Notes under the pieces: model-generated
Told to the model about the DNA's origin: nothing
Databases searched by the model: none
What the model saw: the letters and a program-made list of their open reading frames with translations, nothing else
Made by a program: the position numbers and the translations under genes
Shown: one piece after another, positions 36,446-41,803 of the stretch
Numbering within the stretch: the stretch's first letter is position 1
How the letters are laid out: each line of letters opens with the position of its first letter
Origin: a virus
UHGV virus genome: UHGV-1359168
DNA length: 41,803 bases
Direction: 5' to 3' (one strand)

Positions 36446-37063
36446 CTAGAGTGCAGGTGCAGCGTCATCGCCGACGTCGATATCCTCACCCTCAATCTCC
36501 TCAGCATCGCACTCGCTACCCTCGTATTTAACTAACTTAGCTATCTGTAGCCCTGTTAGATACAAGCTAACTTTATGTGTGCCGCCGATGTTATTTGCGT
36601 GAGCTGAACCGAATACAATGCCTTGGCTATCATTACCAATTTTCCACTCCGCTGCGTGGACTGCTTCGGTAATGTTTGCGCCCTTTCTATCATACACTTT
36701 AATAACCTGGTCTTTGCCATCTAGCCACTTAGTGTTTGTGCTAAATGTAGCTATGATATTACCTGTAGGTATGCGCTTAACGTCTTCGGTCTCTGGGTCG
36801 ATGGTCCCTTTCGGGTCTTTCATCATCTCCTCTTTTATGCCGTTAGTTTTCGGCTGCCCTTTAATTCCAAACTGCTTCTTATAAGCTTCCCACTCCTCGT
36901 CGATAAGCTTTTTAAGATGTTTATGGGCTTCGCTGTCTTTTGGGACAACATAACTAACCACATAGCGGAAACGCTCTTCCTCGCCCTGCATTGCGGTGTT
37001 TCTACCCTCTCCGTCGATAAAGACGTATTTAAGGGTGCCTAGTAGTGTTTTGACTTTCGTCAT
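36446..37063 (-). CDS. Single-stranded DNA-binding protein, T7 gp2.5-like, 205 aa, with an acidic C-terminal tail.
   Basis: KTLLGTLKYVFI..EGRNTAMQGEEERFRYVVSYVVPKDSE..KKLIDEEWEAY set against T7 gp2.5 TSALGTAEPYAYIAKPDYGNEERGFGNPRGVYKVDLTIPNKDP..DEIVKCHEEAY (from memory). The C-terminus is EEIEGEDIDVGDDAAPAL. Confidence 0.65.
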   Translation of the reverse strand: MTKVKTLLGTLKYVFIDGEGRNTAMQGEEERFRYVVSYVVPKDSEAHKHLKKLIDEEWEAYKKQFGIKGQPKTNGIKEEMMKDPKGTIDPETEDVKRIPTGNIIATFSTNTKWLDGKDQVIKVYDRKGANITEAVHAAEWKIGNDSQGIVFGSAHANNIGGTHKVSLYLTGLQIAKLVKYEGSECDAEEIEGEDIDVGDDAAPAL

Positions 37064-37403
37064 TTTCGCTCCTTGCGTGAAATGTTTTACACTGTTTTAA
37101 ACCCATTTGGGAGACTTTAGCGGCGGGCCGTTCGTGTTCATTATGCGCGTTCATCTGCCCAACGGGACTTATAACTACTAGCGGGTCTTTACTAACTACT
37201 AAGCTGGCCGCACAATTTCTTAAGGAGGAACATAGTTCCCATTCACCTATATCACACAACATAGGCTAGGAAGCCACAATGTAACAACAAATTGTGGTTA
37301 CCTAGCTTATGCTAGGGAGTTAAAGATTAACTATCTAGCTAATAGATTAACTCTATCGGCGGTAAGAATTGAGAGAAAAACCCGCCGAAAACGAGCGTGA
37401 GCT

Positions 37404-37458
37404 CTTTAAGCCCTCCTGCAACCCTGCGCTCAAACATTTTTATCAGGAGGGCTTAAAG
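37404..37458. promoter_or_regulatory. 15-bp perfect inverted repeat ctttaagccctcctg / caggagggcttaaag with a 25-nt loop, plus a short cccac/gtggg hairpin (37461-37475), just downstream of the 37483 gene stop. Regulatory or terminator-like structure.
   Basis: Read directly. It sits in a 420-bp intergenic region that is relatively GC-rich. No clean U-run follows it. Confidence 0.35.
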
Positions 37459-37482
37459 AACCCACATTAAGTGGGCTCGTGC

Positions 37483-38037
37483 TTAGTATGCGCTTGGCTC
37501 TTGGTCAGCCTCAGCAGATTTCTTACCTTTCCTACCTTTTTTAGGTGCTTCGGCTTCATCTTTAACTTCATCGCTTGATGTTTCGCCAGTCAAAGGATGG
37601 ACAACGCTATAGTCTGGGCCAGCTGCATTTAGCTCCTCTAGTTTAGCTTTAGCCTCTTCATTGCTAATAACGCCATTAAGCACATCGTCCATAAGCGCAT
37701 TTTTAGACGCGTTATAAGCTTTTTGGTATGCTTTGCGTGCATTTTCGCCCTGTTTAGAAACTTTCTGCAAGATAACGCCATCAGTTCCCATAACGCCTTT
37801 GCCGTCGCGGCTCGCGTAGAAATGTAAGCTGTCAGCTGGTAGCCATACACCTGAAAGGCTGCATTGGATTTCTACAACGTTACCGTTTTCATCTTTTCTA
37901 ACGATATCGTCCCAGTTAAAGCTTCTGCCTGCATTTTTAGGCTCTAGTAGCTCGTTTAGTTGAGCCACAACATCTGCTGGTAAATTGTGAGCAGCACATA
38001 TAGCCTGCACCTTTTCGTAAATTTCAGACTTTTTCAT
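37483..38037 (-). CDS. Hypothetical early protein, about 184 aa, with a basic Lys-rich C-terminus (KKGRKGKK).
   Basis: The in-frame ATG at 38037 has a strong ribosome-binding site (aaggagaaacagATG). The track start at 38085 has none. Confidence 0.55.
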   Translation of the reverse strand: MKKSEIYEKVQAICAAHNLPADVVAQLNELLEPKNAGRSFNWDDIVRKDENGNVVEIQCSLSGVWLPADSLHFYASRDGKGVMGTDGVILQKVSKQGENARKAYQKAYNASKNALMDDVLNGVISNEEAKAKLEELNAAGPDYSVVHPLTGETSSDEVKDEAEAPKKGRKGKKSAEADQEPSAY

Positions 38038-38063
38038 CTGTTTCTCCTTGGTGATGTTTTGTT

Positions 38064-38216
38064 TTATAAAGAGATTATAACACACTTTAGCTTAAATATA
38101 TCTTAATTAAACTTAATTCAGATTTTTTTTATTCTAAAGAGTTAATCTCTCTTTATTTATGATAGTATTATAACACAAACTATCTTAAAAATTACTTAAT
38201 TAAACGTAATTTTATA
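38064..38216 (-). promoter_or_regulatory. Two tandem ~50-bp promoter repeats, each with an extended -10 TGTTATAAT on the minus strand (38072-38064 and 38175-38167) and upstream cttaattaaac / cttaaa motifs.
   Basis: attataacacactttagcttaaatatatcttaattaaacttaatt and attataacacaaactatcttaaaaattacttaattaaacgtaatt. The first copy is 27 bp upstream of ATG 38037. Confidence 0.45.
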
Positions 38217-38442
38217 GCATATTTTCACAAACTTTATAAACAAGCATAAAAATTACATAACTAAATAATAAACTAACTAAAAAGCCCAATAAATACATAA
38301 TTACGGCGAATAGAAACGTATTAAAATACGGCTCGCTGTCGTTTATACTTATAGATAATAACACAACCTCGCTAATTAACTCATTACCTATAATGGCTGT
38401 GCAGAGTAATATACCTATAAATATATAACCTAATATTACCAT
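38212..38442 (-). CDS. Small membrane protein, 76 aa, two transmembrane helices; tandem paralog of 38445..38672.
   Basis: Both start MVIL... and have two long hydrophobic helices. Confidence 0.5.
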   Translation of the reverse strand: MVILGYIFIGILLCTAIIGNELISEVVLLSISINDSEPYFNTFLFAVIMYLLGFLVSLLFSYVIFMLVYKVCENML

Positions 38443-38444
38443 TT

Positions 38445-38672
38445 TTATCCTTCCACCATAGTTAAATAATATAGTAAAACTGTAAATACCTTAGTTGAAT
38501 ACAAAATCCCAAATATACCAACTATAGCTACTACAACCGAAACTATATTTAAAACTATAGTAACCCAACGTTCTTGTCCAAGCTTCATAGAGTTTATAAC
38601 TCCAGCTGCCCAAATCAGCATTATGCTAACTCCTATAGCTATTATAAACGAAATCATCGCTAGTATAACCAT
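38445..38672 (-). CDS. Small membrane protein, 75 aa, two transmembrane helices; tandem paralog of 38212..38442.
   Basis: MVILAMISFIIAIGVSIMLIWAAGVINS...IVLNIVSVVVAIVGIFGILY. Confidence 0.5.
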   Translation of the reverse strand: MVILAMISFIIAIGVSIMLIWAAGVINSMKLGQERWVTIVLNIVSVVVAIVGIFGILYSTKVFTVLLYYLTMVEG

Positions 38673-38797
38673 TTTCCCTCCTTTCTTAAATTACAAATTT
38701 AACAATTCCGCTATTGCTATACAAACTGCCGCCGATAATATAAACGAAATCACAGCCTTTAAACCTAAACTTGCAAATAATTGTATAAACTCCTTTC

Positions 38798-40159
38798 TTA
38801 ATTTGATAAATAGCACTTCTCACGAGCTCGGCTAATGCTTACATATAATAAGCGCATACGCTCGTTTTGGTCAAAACATCGGCTTAAGTCTTGACTATCT
38901 ACATAAACGTGATTATACTCACTGCCCTGGCTCTTATGTATCGTTACGCAGTGCGCAAAATCTAGTATTGAAACATAATCGCTAATCGTTTTATAAAGCC
39001 GATATTGTGCTTTACTGTCAATGCCCGCTTTGTTTTTCTCGACTAGCTCGCGCCCTATATCCTCGCGGATTTTCTTATTCTCAAACATACCAAAAATTGC
39101 TGGTATAGCTAAGTATTCATCTATCTGATAAAACCTAACAAAATCTAGTTTATTTAGGAACATTAGAGGGTTATATTTAGTATCATAGTTTATAATCCCA
39201 TTAACAGTTTTACAGTCCCACTTCCAAGTGTCGTGTATGTCAGTTATATCTATAAACTGCTTTAGCGTGCTATCGTATAACCTATCGCCAGGCTGCGGCT
39301 GTGCTCGCCCTTGTATTAGCGCATTAATCTCCTGCACGCGCTGATTGGTGTAGGCTATCATAATTTTATCCTCGTCTGTATCTTGTTTATATAACTCAAC
39401 TATATCAACTCCACGTATAAAATCTTCTGTAGGCTCTAAATACGCCTGCTTGCGTCTGCCCTCCATCATATCAACCAGGAGCGCTAGCGGCTTAGTTAGC
39501 GAGTTATGTGTGCGGTGGACGGTCGTTAATTTTCTCCAATACGGCTGATGTGGATATACTGCCGATGGCCCATCTACAGGGCTAAGCTGATTTAAATCGC
39601 CAACATACAGCACTTTTATTGGTGGTATGCAAACTCTGGAGTATGGCTTACCACAGTGCTCACATACAGGCACCACTTCATCGTCTGGTATATCTACGGG
39701 GGTACGATAAGGGTTAGCAGGTATCGTAGCGCACGAGTTTTCGCAATGATTATTAGGGTGCTCCCAGTAGTTCAGCTCTAGTTGGTCTTGGAGCTTACCT
39801 ATAGAGTAGTAGTCTTTCTCTCCCACGAAGCTAAACTCATCAACTATTAGGAGCTGGATATATACCGGCTGCCCAAACTGCATTGTAGTAACTAAGGCTT
39901 TCAGGCTTTTAGCTTTCTCATTGATACCAGGACGCTTTTTAAGCCACGAGTGTAGGGTCGATATGTCTGTATCCTCTGGCAGCTTAGAAACTAGCACATC
40001 TTTGGCTTTGTGGGTGTATGCCACCACTCTATATTTTATGCCCATATCATTAAGCTGTTTAACCACCTCGATTAGTGCTGTAGTTTTCCCGCTCCCTGCA
40101 GGCCCGGTTATAAAGGCCTCGTTTTCTTCAGGGTCGGATAGAAAATGATGTAAATCCAT
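38798..40159 (-). CDS. SF1B helicase (Dda/RecD/Pif1-like), 453 aa, with a Cys-cluster insertion.
   Basis: Motif I FITGPAGSGKTTAL, motif II LLIVDEFSFV, motif III YVGDLNQLSPV, motif V/VI VTIHKSQGSEYNHVYV. Insertion HCENSC...CEHCGKPYSRVC is a putative zinc ribbon. Confidence 0.8.
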   Translation of the reverse strand: MDLHHFLSDPEENEAFITGPAGSGKTTALIEVVKQLNDMGIKYRVVAYTHKAKDVLVSKLPEDTDISTLHSWLKKRPGINEKAKSLKALVTTMQFGQPVYIQLLIVDEFSFVGEKDYYSIGKLQDQLELNYWEHPNNHCENSCATIPANPYRTPVDIPDDEVVPVCEHCGKPYSRVCIPPIKVLYVGDLNQLSPVDGPSAVYPHQPYWRKLTTVHRTHNSLTKPLALLVDMMEGRRKQAYLEPTEDFIRGVDIVELYKQDTDEDKIMIAYTNQRVQEINALIQGRAQPQPGDRLYDSTLKQFIDITDIHDTWKWDCKTVNGIINYDTKYNPLMFLNKLDFVRFYQIDEYLAIPAIFGMFENKKIREDIGRELVEKNKAGIDSKAQYRLYKTISDYVSILDFAHCVTIHKSQGSEYNHVYVDSQDLSRCFDQNERMRLLYVSISRAREKCYLSN

Positions 40160-40193
40160 TGTATCCTCTCTTTATCATTTATTTAATATTATA

Positions 40194-40230
40194 TTATAGC
40201 GAAATTAAACTTAACTAAAGCTTAATCTCG
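40194..40230 (-). promoter_or_regulatory. -10 element (gcTATAATat on the minus strand) with a gtttaatttcg-type upstream motif between the primase/helicase and SF1B helicase genes.
   Basis: Plus strand: aatattatattatagcgaaattaaacttaactaaagcttaatc. Confidence 0.3.
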
Positions 40231-41803
40231 TTATCATCGTTTGTTTGCTCTGTTTCAGGCTGGGCTATAGCTTCGACCGTGTCAAGCTTTGTATAAGGCC
40301 GGCTAAACTCTATTACATACACATTATACGGCTTTTTATTTTTATAATGTGTTACCCTGCGTTTATACTTACCTATTTTTGACTTTATCTCTATCGCCGA
40401 GAAGTGGCTATCTAACAGCTCAATCAGCGATGGTAGCCCCAGCTCTTTTGTCGCGCTCGTGTTATAGAACACAGCTCTTGCCTGGTCAGTGGTCGAAACC
40501 TCAAACAACCTATCTATATCCTGCATCGGGACTGCGCAGTCCTCTGTTAAGACTTCAAGTAGTTTTGTGTGGTCTTTATTCTCCGCCGCTTCAAGCAATT
40601 TATCTAGCGGTGTGGTCGTGGCCTCTATATACTCGGCATAATCCTCGTTTTTCCAATTACTGTTGTCCTTATAATCCTCGTTTGATAACGGCTTAAGTGA
40701 GCGCAAATAAGCCGCAAAGTGCGGTAAGTCTGATATTAGCGCATTGTAAAACGCTGTAGTGTCAGGGTATACCTTAGCTAGTTTAGTCGGGCATTTAAAT
40801 AGCACTAGCCTTCGGTCATTCTGCGCTATATCCGTTATAAGCTTAGTCTGCATATTTGTATTTAGGATTGGAGTCATATAGTGGCGTTGAGGTGCCGTCG
40901 TGTCTTTACCCTTTTTAGTTATCGACACGAGTGGAGAGCCAGTAATTTTCTTTAGCTCTGCCACCAGCTTCGCCTGCTCGTTCTTAGTATCTCCCTCGCC
41001 CGCTTCATCTATTATGGCGTAGTCGGTTTCTCCCATCCACTTATTAAACCCGTTAGTTAGCGAGCTCACATTGACTTTATATATGCGCTCAGTTGTGGAG
41101 AAATATGGCAGGACGTTATCTATGAACATATTTTTACCAGCTCCACCTACGCCCGCAAACACGAAGTAGAGGTCAGAGTGGTCGTAGGTAGAGTGCTTAC
41201 GACCCAGAAACCTACAAAACCTATCTCGGTTGTCGGCGTCTGGTATAAGGTGTTTGAGCAGAGCTAAGATAGTGTCCGGCTGCCGCAGGTTGGTAGGCTC
41301 CAGCTCTCCACGCAATATCCTAATGCCCTCGCTCGGCTGGTATGTGTTGAACAGCGGGTCGCGCTGGACTTGTGGAATAAGGCCGGTCGGGTATTCAGGC
41401 GTATGAACTATGGTTACAACTCGGACTTTCTTAAGCAGCTTCTCGGTGGTTACTTTTAGGCGAAGTTTGCTTTCAGTCAGGACAGTATTCATCACCGCGC
41501 TGGTCTTGTCGTAGGTGTGATACTCCTGCGTCTGTCTGTTATGGTGAATATACAGCTGCTTTACAGGGTCGAAAAACACCTCTATAATGTCGCTATACTC
41601 ATTCTCATATATAAACCCCTCTTTCGCCCAGTCTGGATTATACTGCCACAGCGGTTTGTTAGTTAGTGGGTTTATGCGCTTATTTATATCATAGTTACAG
41701 TCGTGGATAACCCTCTCTTCAGGCATCGGGCTCTGCCACAGTGAGTTAAGCAGGAGCATAAAGTCCTGAAACTGCTCTTTAGACACCGATGGGTCCTGAG
41801 CTA
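40215..41803 (-). CDS. C-terminal part of the primase/helicase: SF3/D5-type NTPase domain, with the open reading frame continuing upstream of the window end. It is probably one gene with 1..763(-) if the genome is circular.
   Basis: Walker A FVFAGVGGAGKNMFIDN. There is no stop between the track's GTG start at 41786 and the window end. The frame is contiguous with the PrimPol ORF across the 1/41803 junction (...SVRFK-L-AQDPSVSKEQF...). Confidence 0.65.
   Translation of the reverse strand, partial: AQDPSVSKEQFQDFMLLLNSLWQSPMPEERVIHDCNYDINKRINPLTNKPLWQYNPDWAKEGFIYENEYSDIIEVFFDPVKQLYIHHNRQTQEYHTYDKTSAVMNTVLTESKLRLKVTTEKLLKKVRVVTIVHTPEYPTGLIPQVQRDPLFNTYQPSEGIRILRGELEPTNLRQPDTILALLKHLIPDADNRDRFCRFLGRKHSTYDHSDLYFVFAGVGGAGKNMFIDNVLPYFSTTERIYKVNVSSLTNGFNKWMGETDYAIIDEAGEGDTKNEQAKLVAELKKITGSPLVSITKKGKDTTAPQRHYMTPILNTNMQTKLITDIAQNDRRLVLFKCPTKLAKVYPDTTAFYNALISDLPHFAAYLRSLKPLSNEDYKDNSNWKNEDYAEYIEATTTPLDKLLEAAENKDHTKLLEVLTEDCAVPMQDIDRLFEVSTTDQARAVFYNTSATKELGLPSLIELLDSHFSAIEIKSKIGKYKRRVTHYKNKKPYNVYVIEFSRPYTKLDTVEAIAQPETEQTNDDNEIKL

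Noticed and set aside
37064-37482. tRNA or other known RNA gene in the GC-richer intergenic island; also the 77-aa ORF 37029-37262(-).
   Set aside because: No GTTCRANYC-like T-loop or cloverleaf could be found by eye. The 77-aa ORF lacks a ribosome-binding site, overlaps the SSB start out of frame and has no features, so it is probably spurious. The structured non-coding element is reported instead.
5028-40696. Antisense and out-of-frame ORFs from the track: 5028-5216, 5481-5786, 6291-6587, 7157-7516, 8756-8983, 8961-9278, 12037-12222, 12643-12885, 12901-13122, 14605-14790, 15081-15293, 21906-22097, 22116-22472, 22815-23135, 23287-23469, 25063-25332, 27915-28346, 29248-29499, 29657-29866, 32136-32351, 35705-35908, 36618-36884, 37638-37850, 38623-38835, 39921-40148, 40349-40696.
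   Set aside because: Each lies opposite to or nested within a longer ORF that has motif, ribosome-binding-site or operon support. Their translations are low-complexity with no ribosome-binding sites. They are typical shadow ORFs of coding sequence.

Overview
This window looks like a complete, circularly closed genome (about 41.8 kb) of a tailed dsDNA phage, opened arbitrarily inside one gene. The minus-strand ORF that runs off position 1 (PrimPol domain) continues in frame, without stops, into the minus-strand ORF that runs off position 41803 (SF3/D5-type NTPase). Layout: (i) a plus-strand late arm, 4683-24492, carrying TerS/TerL, scaffold-like, capsid-like and collagen-like fiber genes, a lysis cassette, two very large virion proteins, a P22-like portal and a 781-aa protein; (ii) a minus-strand early/replication arm, 24499-41803 wrapping to 1-1200, carrying an SF2 helicase, VRR-NUC nuclease, small ATP-dependent DNA ligase, an array of eight small ORFs, a nucleotide-metabolism cluster (MazG-like, HTH, HD/YfbR-like, nucleoside 2-deoxyribosyltransferase, ThyX, small all-alpha protein), a T7 gp6-like 5'-3' exonuclease, family A DNA polymerase, T7 gp2.5-like SSB, an SF1B helicase and a PrimPol-SF3 primase/helicase; (iii) a 3.5-kb AT-rich, almost non-coding control region, 1200-4680, with iterons, palindromes, tandem promoter copies and three small minus-strand genes. 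There is no phage RNA polymerase. Transcription appears to use a reiterated extended -10 (TGTTATAAT) promoter element with a conserved upstream motif. The most unusual items are a tandemly duplicated two-gene cassette inside the small-ORF array, the deoxynucleotide salvage/modification-like gene cluster, a 61-aa protein mimicking the glycyl-radical C-terminus of anaerobic RNR NrdD, and a ~25-aa module shared by the two largest virion proteins. All protein-family calls come from motif recognition by eye, not from database searches.
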